The notes under the pieces are model-generated. The model had not been told where the DNA came from. It did no database searches and worked only from the letters and a program-made list of their open reading frames with translations. Positions 25,063-36,786 of a stretch of DNA of 64,000 bases are shown piece by piece. Within the stretch, counting starts at the first letter, position 1. Every line of letters starts with the position of its first letter. Source of the stretch: Saccostrea cucullata (lineage: Eukaryota); assembly GCF_032062105.1 (NCBI RefSeq), contig NW_026927339.1, positions 186,001-250,000 of the forward strand, written 5' to 3'. The position numbers and the translations under genes are program-made.

Positions 25063-28000
25063 CTACTCCCAAACATTTCCATATGCTGTGTTTGCTCCAT
25101 AATCTGCCTCTTCCTTCTCATCCAGGGACTGGAAGGTTTTGAAGGATTTTTCTTGGGGAAGTCCTGAAATTTTTACACTCCCCTTGGGAAGTCCTGAGAT
25201 TTGTACACCACTTGTTGTGTCTGCACCAACACCAAAATCGTCACATACCTCCTCATCCTCAGAAACATCTGGACACAACGTCACTTCCTGTGACACCGAT
25301 GACCTCCAGATAAAGCTGTAGCGCTTCTTTGTTGTAGGTTTACTGTATTCACAGGATTGATTGCTTTCCTTTGTATTTGATAATTGTTTGGTTAGTGTGC
25401 TTTTTACACTACAGTTGGTTCGAATGGATCCACTCGGGATGTTAGAGTAATCAGGTTCATGTCTCGAACTGTTTGATGACTGTGGTTTTTGATTTGTTGG
25501 ATGAGTACCATCTAAAAACAAGAAAAAATGAAATTGAAATTGAAAACGAAATCCGTGTTTTATATAATTGAATACTGTTCGTTCTCTCCATATGTTTCAT
25601 TGATAGTCAATTCCTATACAATTATCAAAAAACATTGTCGAAAGTCTATTTCTCTACAAATATAATTGTGTCAAACTAACGTGAACGTTAAAAAGCGCCT
25701 ACTGTTGACTTGTGTTTAATTCAAGCAATAAAATATATTTATCCTTTATCCATTTTTGTTCATCGTGACAAGGAGCTTACGGAAGGTGTGTCCACTCGGA
25801 AGTGTATGCTCACTCCTCAATGGCACATGATCTCACCTCTGATGTTTTTGAGTTCCGGATTTGCTCTTCTACTATTTTGGTTGATGGGCTTCTGAGTTTG
25901 AATACTGTTTGTTATATCCATATATTTCATTACTATTGATGAATGTAAGAGATTATGCTAATATTTACCATTTGTTCTATTCATCTTGAAACATTTTCTG
26001 CAAAATGAGAGAGAAAAATATAATATTAAAATGAATCTTGAAATATTTACAAATTGAATTATTGAGTTAAATTTAATATATTTATCTTCCAACTGTAATT
26101 AAAAAAAAATTATTTTTAATCGTTCAATTTTCATATTAAAACATTCATATTTCAATCATTCATGATGATAACAGGGATGATAAAATTTGGAAAAAAAACA
26201 TTAAAAGACGTTCTACAAAGTTTACACAACAAAAATGAATTTATACGTACAGGGCTTGAGAGAGGTGAATTAAGCCAATAGAACCACACAAAATGAGCAG
26301 TAAAAGAAAGGTCACCCCTCCTATAAGCCACGCGTTCTTCTTCAGAAAGTGCTCTATCTGCGTCTCAATGCTGTTGTTCTGGGTGTTGTTATCTACTACA
26401 AATAGATATCCTATTTTATCAGAAAAGTCACAAGGCCGTAACTGCTATTGAGGCAAGTGAGGCAAATGCCTCACTAATTTTGTAGAGGTTTCTGAAAAGT
26501 GAGTAAAGTTTTACATTTAACTTATGAATTATGTGCGTCTTCATGCCAAATTAATATTTTCAAATTTTGTTTCAATTTTGTAAATTGTTAATCTCATCAG
26601 GTGTCTCGTTTTCATTTAGAATGCATCATTGTGAAATGTGATTCAAAATGTTTGTTTTGTAAATTGTTTGATTGTTTTACATCCCTTCTAAGAATACTAG
26701 TATTCCATTCATATTGAGACACCACTACTTGCCGGTGGAGAGTTAAATCTGTACTGGGCTTTCAGGGTCACTGAAGATGATTGAACAGTGAGACATCTTT
26801 TTGTGCCATCACTTACTGTGATATAGGACCTCGGTTTCTACGGTCTCATCCAAAGGACCAGTTTCCACATCTTGCAGTGGAATTCGAATCCATAATGTAA
26901 GGATCAACTCCTTAGTCTGCGACTCTAGAGCATACCTCAACCACTGTGCCATGCGGGTGACAGTTTAAAACGTAAAAACCTTCTAAAATTTTTTATCTTT
27001 TATTTATATTCTAATACCAAGGTGTAAGGATCCCCTGTAACCCCCGTCACTACCCATCAGGTATAACCCTTGCCCCGTCTAGGACAAGGAGTGCCCAACA
27101 CCCTTGCCTCACTAAAAATTTGAGCCTAGTTACGGCCTTGAAAGATGGAGATAAAGAAAAGCATTCAAGATCAAACGTCCATATTTCTTTTTTTTTTTTT
27201 TTTTGACAAGAAAGATGTTTAATTCAGTGTGAAAGTAATGATCAAGCTTGCATTTTTAACATAATGAAATATTTTGCATTATCTTTATTAACGAGAAGAA
27301 CAACACAATTGCTTTATTAATTAAAGGCTTAAATATCTCCTAACTTCCATTGACTACAAAACATGCGAAGAAAGGTTTTTAAAATTCGAACTGATAATTG
27401 ATACACTTACGTGGACATCTTCCCGTGACCTCATTACAGTTGTTCTTACATTCAAATGGACAATCATTCCTGCAAAGCTCTCCATAAAACCCAGTAGGAC
27501 ACGCTTGACTGCAGTTTTCCCCAATTTGACCAGACCTGCACACTGAAAAAACACTGTCGTTTACTTTAGATTCCGTTAAATATAAGAGGGATTAATTACC
27601 GTGTAATGTCGCGAAAAGTACCGATCGTGAAATAGAATTACTAGTATGCTTTAATTTTAATGTTTCTGTCCATTTAAAATCTCTAAATCAATTGTTCACT
27701 CGCGAATTATTGTTCTCACAATTTCATGTTTAAGACCCGTTTGCAATATTAAGTACTTGCGTAAGAGAGGAAATCTAAATTATTGAAGATACAAACCCTT
27801 CAATATATAATGGATTAGAAAAAATATATACCTGTACATATCTCATTATGAAGAAAATAGCCCGCACAACACCGCATTCTGCAATTAAAGCAGATCTTAT
27901 TCATTTGTAAGATCCGTTTATCTTTTCTGAATATATAAAAGAGAGACAAAAAAGACAAACAAACTAGCAGTTTTGTCTTTCAGGTCTTACCCACACATGT

Positions 28001-28073
28001 TAGGATCCGGGGTGGCAGATGACACATAAATTTTAATGAAGCTTGGGAGAAGTATAAGAACAATTCCATCCAT
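25063..28073 (-). CDS. R5: complete paralogue, 294 aa. Exons 28073-27991, 27878-27832, 27542-27411, 26395-26251, 25997-25969, 25511-25063
   Basis: 885 nt in frame. MDGIVLILLPSFIKIYVSSATPDPNMCG|MRCCAGYFLHNEICT|VCRSGQIGENCSQACPTGFYGELCRNDCPFECKNNCNEVTGRCP|LDNNTQNNSIETQIEHFLKKNAWLIGGVTFLLLLILCGSIGLIHLSQA|LKCFKMNRTN|DGTHP..DYSNI..EYSKP..KRYSFI..SFKTF..DYGANTAYGNVWE*. The tail corresponds to ORF 25063..25521. Confidence 0.92.
26431..27140. mobile_element. hAT-like MITE (13-bp TIR CAAGGCCGTAACT) in intron 3 of R5, with a nested SINE at about 26665-26960
   Basis: CAAGGCCGTAACT...AGTTACGGCCTTG with subterminal GAGGCAA/TTGCCTC repeats. No clean 8-bp TSD. Confidence 0.7.
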
Positions 28074-28182
28074 TTTCCCCACAATATACCAAGTAAACAT
28101 GCACAGTTCCTGTTGTTTTATTTCATATATGAACATTTTTGATATAAAGCAAACAGGAAGAATACGCGGAAAAATGAGCTTT

Positions 28183-28215
<33 letters not shown>

Positions 28216-28507
28216 TTAAATTCAAAAAAAAATGTTGGATTGAAGAAATTGTTTAACATTTATTTGATGGCATTTGAAAATCTTGGTAATTCCAGAGCTA
28301 ACCCAGAAAGTGAGAATAGATATTTTGTCTACTTTGGTCAACTGATGATATATCAGGCTCAAAACAAAATGTAAATGAATTCAAAATTCCATCCTTTATT
28401 CTAGAAGTTGTGTAATTCAGATGTACATTATTAAAAAAAATCGAAAGAGTTTTCAGAAAATTTATATCGACATTTTCCTTTAAGTTAAAAATATCGACTT
28501 TTATACA

Positions 28508-28570
28508 AATCGCCCGAAATATGGCTGAAATTTTGCCGACTCGGCGTTAAACAAAAATGATCAATCAATC
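28508..28570 (+). mobile_element. Short SINE/LINE 3' tail
   Basis: ATATGGCTGAAATTTTGCCGACTCGGCGTTAAAC..(ATCA)n, flanked by ATCGACTTTTA repeats. Confidence 0.55.
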
Positions 28571-28929
28571 GACTTTTACGCACTTAATATGACTGTTTCT
28601 CAAGATAAATAAAAAATGAGCTTTTTAATTTGACATCAAATTCAACTGTTCCTTCTGTAAAAATTGAACTCGGAAGGAAAATTTGCTATCCTTTGTTTTT
28701 ATTTTCATCAAGAAAACCCTTTTATAAAAAAAAAATCATTCTGATTATACACATAAGTACTCTGAAAGTGATTTTTAAAAGATGCTAGATTTCCTTTTTG
28801 GCAAAATTTATGTACTATTCCGGGAACTGATCATTCAAAAAGACTATTGGAAATCGAATGGGCACAAATGTTGATGGTTATTTTGACCATCTTTTGATGT
28901 TAAATCGGAATTTGAAAAAAGAGAACATA

Positions 28930-29204
28930 CACTGAAAAAAAATTACTGAAAGTCACTGGGAAGACAAGTAAATTTACTGTCCATACAATCACTACCTCAA
29001 AAGTAGTTTTACTGGGAATTGGGTAGATTTACTAGATAACATTAGTAAATCTAAGAATTATAAGTAACTTTCACTAGGTATTTAAGTATCTTTACGACCA
29101 CTACTCCACTTTTCACTATTTTACTAGTAAACAGAGTGATTACTAATCACGAAGAACGCTTTACTAGGCACACTAGTTAAATCAACTAAGTATTTCTTTC
29201 AGTG
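28930..29204. mobile_element. MITE with CACTG...CAGTG termini and TA duplication (CACTA/EnSpm-like)
   Basis: TA|CACTGAAAAAAAATTACT ... AGTATTTCTTTCAGTG|TA with internal TTTACT/AGTAAA repeats. Confidence 0.7.
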
Positions 29205-29219
29205 TAGGAAAAAGAAAGC

Positions 29220-29890
29220 ACAAGCTTTATGAAGCATTCAAATTGGCATTTAGATAAACCGATGATGTATTATAAATAAAGAAAAGTTACATCCCTTTTT
29301 ATGCCAAAGAGTATTCCATTGAAATCATATTTAGATATTTTTGAGAAAAATACGTTAACGGTTATCAAAGAACCAAACTTTATGATAAACGTCGTAATTC
29401 ATTTTCTTTAATTGTCAACTTTCTTTGAAAAAAGGAATAAACCCTCACACCAGCATATGATTTGGTCTTCCAGTAGACTCGATACACAATATCCTGCTCT
29501 ACGTAAGAACAATTTCTAAAGCAAGATTCAATTTTGACAATCAAGTTGATGAAACAAACGTTTGCAATTATCTTTTAGCAAGTTCTCTTGTCGACATAAT
29601 GGCCTTATCATTGCCTATCGAAAGCTCATCAATTACATTTTTCTTGTAAAGTGTTATGCCATCATTAACACGCAAAATTTCTTACGTATATTTCATTTAA
29701 CTCACCATTACAAGGAGCACAAGTGGATGTGCCCGGCCGATAGGATATGCTTACTCCTTCACTGTACTTGATGTGATATTTTATAGCTCCAAGGAACCTC
29801 CATTTTTTTTTTTTTTGGAGAGTTGTGTTTGCTCTTCAATCGATTTGATTGTTTCAAACGATTCTGGGTGATTGGTTGTGGTCATTTTAG
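29220..29890 (+). mobile_element. Degenerate Penelope-like fragment. Similar short fragments at about 1165-1278(-), 5380-5530(-), 10150-10415(-), 13560-13650(+), 14310-14490(-), 21090-21250(+), 23160-23450(+), 25750-25930(+), 33760-34300(+), 36420-36580(+), 53620-53980(+), 54065-54322(-), 62445-63060(-)
   Basis: By-eye similarity to the RT C-terminus and tail of the 3466-3969 and 44560-45262 copies. Boundaries are approximate. Confidence 0.65.
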
Positions 29891-30624
29891 ACTTTATTGA
29901 TCTTCTTTAGAAGAAGAGTTACACATAAAGATTTACAAAAAAAGATCAAAATTTAAAACTGAAATGTACGAATTTTTTTGACAATGCTCAAGATTTCACA
30001 TCTTAGAAATCAAGGTATAACTGATGGTTTTTTATACGTATTCCTTATAAGTCAATGTTCACATCACATGATATTTATTGTGTATTTCTCAGTGATCGGA
30101 GGTTGTTCTTGAGATGAAGCCAAATGAAGCTGAATGCGTTGTATGACTTGTCCGTCCATGCTACTTTACTCAAAGTCCATTCTTAATAAGGCATCCTACA
30201 GTGAGTGTAGTGGTTGAAGGCTATCCCATATACTGTCCGTCCTGAATAAGGCATCCTACAGTATATGCGGTAGTCCGAGGACGACTAGGCTCTTGTGTCA
30301 GGGTAGAACTCTCAGTTAATTGTTGCAAGCCTCTGATTATTATAGTAATTTTAAACATTTGATCTAATGGTTTTCGAGGTTTCTGTTTCCATTGCTCTCA
30401 ACTTGTATCATTTAAATGGACTTGTATACTTTATCTTAAGATTATACCTCTCATATTTATTCTTATTGCATTTTCCTATTAAATATATTTTAATTCTTAG
30501 ACAAAGTCTCTGACATGAAGACATTTAGAACAATTTCTTGAATTGTTCTGGCACATAATGTTTAGTAATTGATCTGATTCCTTGCTGTAAATGCCTGAAA
30601 GGAATTTTGAAGCTGAAGATCCAT

Positions 30625-33600
30625 TTATACAACGTCTAAATATTGCTCGCTTTGCTCATGGGCTTCTGGTAAGTAATTAAAATCGTTTCCTATCGTATGA
30701 CGTTTCTGTGCCGATTCCACACTCAATCTTGTATTCAAAGCTATTCTGCCCTGTCCTACTTTGTAGTCAGCAGATGTAAACGATGGTTTATTAGCGATCT
30801 TTTTATCTGTAAGAGTTCATACTTAGCTATTTACTGTTATCAAAGAGACTATTATATCGTGTCTTATATCACGAAATGAAATGTTAAAATTTCGGTCCAT
30901 ACCCTTCAAAATTCTTTTTCCAATCAATCTAACTTTATAAATGGTGTAGCTGAAAAAGAAAAAAAGAAACACACCATTGATTCATGAAGATAATCTTACA
31001 AACCACAAAGGAACTATATAGAGTTTAATGTATGATCATGAGGATATGAGAAGAAAAAAACAAAATCATAGAAAACAATGTAGGCTTTTTTTTACAGACA
31101 TTCTAAGTTTAAATGTATAGAAATAGAATTAGTTATTAGATCAACCTGGTCATTACAAAGATTCCAAATACTGAGATGGTAATGATGATCTGCAGGGCGA
31201 ACAGTCCAGACAAATAAGTCAAACTGTTGTTCCAATCCTCCACAGTTATAACTGCGTTAGGCCTTCAGAAAAAAAAACAAACTCAACAAAAACAAATTCC
31301 CTTTTAAAGCGGAGTAACAACAAGATTTCTTTTCCTAATCATTTGAGAGTTTACTTTTTAATACATTTATCCAATACATACCTTGTTTTTATAACTTCAA
31401 TTGATTCAGTTTTCATTTTCTGTTTAATATCTGGACAAAGATCATGAAAGAAAATAATATATAAAAATATGATTTTATTTTCTATATTTTATTTCTTTAA
31501 TTTATTCTAATTATTGTAAAATAAAAACAATGCGGTTAGGATAAGTGTATCTCAGAGAAGTGTGAGGAATTATTTATTTATTTCATTTCATGGATGCTTT
31601 TATATTTGTATTATTTATTACACAAAAGATTGTATTCGTATGGATTTGTGATAACAATTCCAGTAAAGCTAATTAACATGTATTTTCATACCTAGACATG
31701 TTCCGTTAACTTTGTTACATTTCCCCATACACTCCTGTGGACACTCCTGCCTGCACTGTCTTCCATAAAATCCCTCAGGACAAATTTCAGTACAGTTTAT
31801 ACCAACTGTTCCTTCATAACATTCTGAAAAGAAGCATTATTTCCTTATTCCTGTTTTTTTTTCATGCAATTATGGTAAAAGGAAGAGATTTTTTTTTTCA
31901 TTTTAATTCCTTCAAAAAATGATTTGTCCCAATTTTAAAAGAAAGGTTTTATTTTATCATGACCTTATAAAAAATGATATAAAAAATTAAATGTCCATGA
32001 AATTAAAAAAAAACTCACCTACAGAATCAAAATTTCACTAATCTATTGGTAAAATTTCATGAACCGCTCACGTGCAAAGAAAACAATCAATCAAAATATT
32101 AGGACATCAATTTCATCTAATCAGTTTATTGTCTGTTGTCTATTTTATTTTATTTTATTTATACATTATTTATTTCTTTGATAGATATCTTGATAGGATT
32201 TGCATGCTCATGCAGTTGATATTTACACTAGTACCTGTACATCTGTCTCTATAGAGAAAAAATCCAGCACAACAATTGTTTCTAAAAGTAAATCAAAATT
32301 TTCATTTTGTTTTTCTCAAAAAATTTTAAGCTAATTCTTATACATGTAATAACATTCATAGACATCCTTATGGAGTTCTGATCAAGCCACTTTTAGAAAT
32401 TAAAAATATTCATTTCTAAAAAGAAACTGAAGAGTTTTCTCAATTTGTACCCTTGTTATAATTTTGATAAAATTCTTCATTAATTAGATCTAGTATATGA
32501 AAGATTCCTATCAAATTTGAGAAATATATTCCTTTAATGATATGAAAAGAATTCAAAAAATCTACTAGATCTTGACCTTATGTGTCAGATTTATAACTTA
32601 TAACAATAGAACATTGAAGAATATAGATAGATTAATTGTACACCACAAAAATATAGTTATTTCCACGATTTGATTATTATTTTCATATAAAAATACCATC
32701 CACCTGCTCTTTAAAAGCCATATTTGAATCAAGTATACTTTCAAAAATAATTTTTATTTCCGTATGTACAAAAAATAGAATTGAAAAAGAACTTGAACGC
32801 AGAGGAATGAAATTTATTGATTTCATTAAAAAAAATTCTATAGTAAATCACTTTAATATATAATACTTTGTCTCAATATGATTCATTATAACTCTATCAA
32901 TTTTTAAAAATTCTTTTATACAAGAACTTATTCATTTTTTTTTTCAAAATAAAAACACTTGGTGTTCCATTTAACTCGATATTTCAATATATTTCAGAAG
33001 TAGCTTTCAATGTCGACATGTTTTGTCCTGGTAAACTAGAAATTTGACATTAACATAGTAAGCCATGTTAGAATAAGATTTTTTTTTTACTGTAAAACGA
33101 AAATGGCTAGCTTGTCAACTTCTTCAAATCATAAAAAATTATTTATATTTATATCAATACTGTAAATCACTTTTTATTCCCGAGAACGTTATTTTCGCGT
33201 ATTTTAGTCTTTCTTATGATTATACAGAGCAATAACCACAAAATGTTCAAAATTTTGTCTCGCTTATTAAGAATCAATGCTTGTATTGGGAGAATAAGGT
33301 GTTTTGAAAAGTGATCTACTGTGTAAGGTAGAATTTAACATTTTGAGCAATAATTCTTGACTTGAACTTGTCAAAACTCTTTGGTTTGAAAACGTCAAAA
33401 CTCTTATTTTACACCATGAAGAAGATTTATCGTGGCAATGACATTTGGAGATAACGCCAAGCTCAAAAGACCATCCAAAAAATACAAATTGGGATCAGAG
33501 TAAAACAAACCTCCTCAACATGCCATGAAAATGTATGTATTCCCTGATTTACAAATCCCTTCTTAGCAAAGCAGCAATGAATAAATATTACATGTATTAG

Positions 33601-35158
33601 TATGATAGATTGAGTAGAATTACTATTTTCGGAAAAAATTATGTTTCTCTTTAAAATAATTACACACTGTAGCAATAAACCCTATATACTAAAGGATTAT
33701 TGTTACCTGCTTTGTTAAAATGGATAATTTTATTGACTAGGTATAGTCAATTAACAATGAAAACTTCCATTCATATCTTGCCTGGATATATCCTAATGAG
33801 CTTTAAACAAAAGATACAACAGATTTCGACAGATTAGTTTCGTATTATGATGTTTCATTAGCAAAAGACGTTTTAAATTTAAATTCTAAGTTGACAACTT
33901 CCTTTACTTCTGTTGTATATAACCTTATCAGATGCAAACTGCTTTATATATTCTATTACAAAAGATCATGCTCTATGTTTTAACTATTTAAAAGAAAGCA
34001 ATCTATTGAATGTGTAAATTCTAAATTTCTACGTATGGTGATTTTGTCAGCAAATACAATCTTTCATTAAGTAAAATGCTGATTGACATTTTTTCAACTA
34101 ACAACTGTTAGGCTGTCATTTTCACTCTGAAGTGTCAACGAATTTTCTTGGTTTTTTGTTGTTTTTTTTTTTTACACGACAGGTGTGACCGTCTGCAGGG
34201 GATGCTCACTTATCCATAGCGCTAAACGCCCCTTCGAGTTTTTTAGAAGTCAGTGTTTGCTCTGCCCCAGGCTTGTAGTGTTCAAATGGATTTCTGATAT
34301 TGAATATTAGATTGATTGATTAATTGTATATTGTTTAACGTCCCTCTTGAGATTTTTTCACTCACATGGAGACGTCACCGTATGCCGTTGAAGGGCTTCA
34401 AATTTTGACCTTTTCTCGGCACTCAGGGCCATTGAGAAGTGAGGGATCTTTTTCTTGCCAACACCTGCTGCTTTCACGGGGTCTCGGTTTTATGGTCTCA
34501 TCCGAAGGACCCGCAACTTTCACTTCAAAGTGCCGAGCGCATGGCCAAGGAACAGTTGCTACCCATTTTTTATAGACTTAGGTCAGTCGCGGCCGAGATA
34601 CGAACTCACGACCTCCTGTTCACGAAGCGAGTATTGAATATTAGGCGTTATCTCTTTTTCCCTTTTTATTTTAGCTTAAAATTTGATTATGTAGTACAGT
34701 AAATGAAATGAATTTGCAGTAAATTTATTTCTTTGAGAAAACTTTCAACCTTGAGATAAATCTTCAAAATAGTACTTTCAATGTTTATTTTATTATATTA
34801 ACATTCCTTTGCTTAGCATTTTTTGTGTTTTCAGTTGTTCGATAAGTTTATCAAAATTCACAAACTAAGAAATCAAATTATGTTTGAATAAGTTATTTTA
34901 TTATATTAACATTCCTTTGCTTAGCATTTTTTGTGTTTTCAGTTGTTCGATAAGTTTATCAAAATTCACAAACTAAGAAATCAAATTATGTTTGAATAAG
35001 TATATCTTCATTGAAATACGTATTAAAAGAGACTTTCTATTCCAGAGAAGTATTTTAAATGTTCTGCAGAATATAACCTACCCGCAGTGATTAGGATCCA
35101 GAGTAATCGATGTCAGATTGTTGTTGTTAAGAATTGCAGTAGTAAAAACAAATTCCAT
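30625..35158 (-). CDS. R6: complete 7-exon paralogue, 216 aa, short tail. Exons 35158-35082, 32281-32235, 31823-31692, 31430-31382, 31262-31146, 30949-30903, 30806-30625
   Basis: 651 nt in frame. MEFVFTTAILNNNNLTSITLDPNHCG|NNCCAGFFLYRDRCT|ECYEGTVGINCTEICPEGFYGRQCRQECPQECMGKCNKVNGTCL|DIKQKMKTESIEVIKT|RPNAVITVEDWNNSLTYLSGLFALQIIITISVFGIFVMT|SYTIYKVRLIGKRILK|DKKIANKPSFTSADYKV..NYLPEAHEQSEQYLDVV*. The signal peptide is weak. Exon phases mirror R7. Confidence 0.82.
34311..34631 (-). mobile_element. tRNA-derived SINE (5'-clipped) with a 13-bp TSD, inserted in a Penelope-like tail
   Basis: TSD TATTGAATATTAG at 34298-34310 and 34632-34644. B-box-like GAGTTCGTATCTC on the minus strand and an (ATCA)n tail. 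Confidence 0.88.
34785..35001. repeat. Apparently exact 108-bp tandem duplication in R6 intron 1
   Basis: TTATTTTATTATATTAACATTCC...GTTTGAATAAG twice. Confidence 0.92.
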
Positions 35159-36786
35159 TTTGAAATTTGTACAAATGGTGTCCCTTTTTGGAACTCTATA
35201 CTTACAAACAGGAATGATTTTTAAAGAGGTTATGTCCTCCTATAGATAGCATCCGCTTAATAAAAAAAATAGAATATTTTTTTTAAATATAGAAATATTG
35301 TACAGGATTAAACACTTATATCTGAAGAACACTTTAATGTAAATCAAAGTGGATTCTGAAATTATCGAAAGAGTTTTTATAATTTTTAATTCTTTTACAT
35401 GTTTGAATACTCACAGTATTTATAACATAAGGAATAATTTCTTAATTGAAAATATAAAATTTACAGTCAATTTTGAAGATCGGGTATTTCAGCAATCTGT
35501 CAAAATTGACAAATTAATGCATGGATTGAACAGCAAGCATAAATGTCTATGATCGTTCTCCCTGTCGGTCTTTAATTGAGTAATATTTGTGTACCTTTTT
35601 ACAAAGACCTAAATGTTTGTTCTTAGCTCGATTTAAAAAATTCAGTTCAACATTCAAATATATCGGAGAGTAATATAATATTATTTATAGTACATGTATG
35701 AAGAAGTATTATCAATTTACAATAGAAACATCCATCCGACTCAATATATCCTTGTGAACTTAAAGATTAAACTAGAGATACTATAAACAATAAGTTCAAT
35801 AAATGATATTGTACCACTACTTTTATTTGGTTATAATGGCAAAGTCCATTTGTCCTCTAGAAGAGGCAAAATAAGTGTCAGATCAAAATGTAAAAAACAG
35901 GTGGTCAAAATTGAATTATGTAATAAAGAATCAGTGAAAGTTATAATCATTACATTTTATTCAGAGGTGTAGGAGGTACAGAGAAGATATGGATATCCTT
36001 CAATATACAGAAAGAATGAACGTGTCCATGTTTTGCTCTTGAAAACCCAAGGTATATTTGTACTCCAAAGCGTAACAGAGGGACGGACGGACAGCCGTCA
36101 AGACAGACATATGTATGGACGGACGGATGGACAACCCGAATACTATATACCCCCCGCTTTTCAAACGGATGGCTTAAAATTTCACAAAATCTGACCAGTA
36201 TATTAATTCAACTTTTATATATTTTAATAGAACATGTTAGTGATAAATTAACAAAAAATCAAAACATAATTTTAGAAAACGCGACATAACTACAACTATT
36301 GTCCTGCAGAACACATACTACTGGTGACGTAAGTATTGATAATGAAGAACTCTAATTGCTTATTTTAAAAAGGATAAAAATGTAGGGAATCTTTATTTTA
36401 AAACTAGCGTCTTAATTTTGTTATTTTACGATTGTGTCAAGGAGCAAGAAACAGGTGTAACTGGCCGGCAGGGGATGGTAGCTATTCCATGACCCCTGAT
36501 CCCATCTCTAATGTTTGCTCTCCGTCTTCTTCTCTTTTTTGTGAAGCGTGAATTATGCTCGTTTTCTCCATATTCTCATACTTCTTGAATTATTAAGAAG
36601 ATGACATCAAGTGCCCGAATGAAATACTTTCATAGAAATCATTTTGAAAAAATTCAGTTTGAATCAATTTTAAACTTCTAAATCAAAGATCGAGCATTTT
36701 TATTCTTCATCATTCAATAAAACTGCCTCCCTACGTAATATTTCAACAGTATATATTTTTTTCCAGTTGTTTTTCTCTGTAAGATA

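Noticed and set aside
30180-30332. Alternative R6 terminal exon (..QDGQYMG*) with a 60-nt-spaced repeat
   Set aside because: Phase-incompatible with the strong 30949-30903 exon; the 30806-30625 exon matches R7 better.
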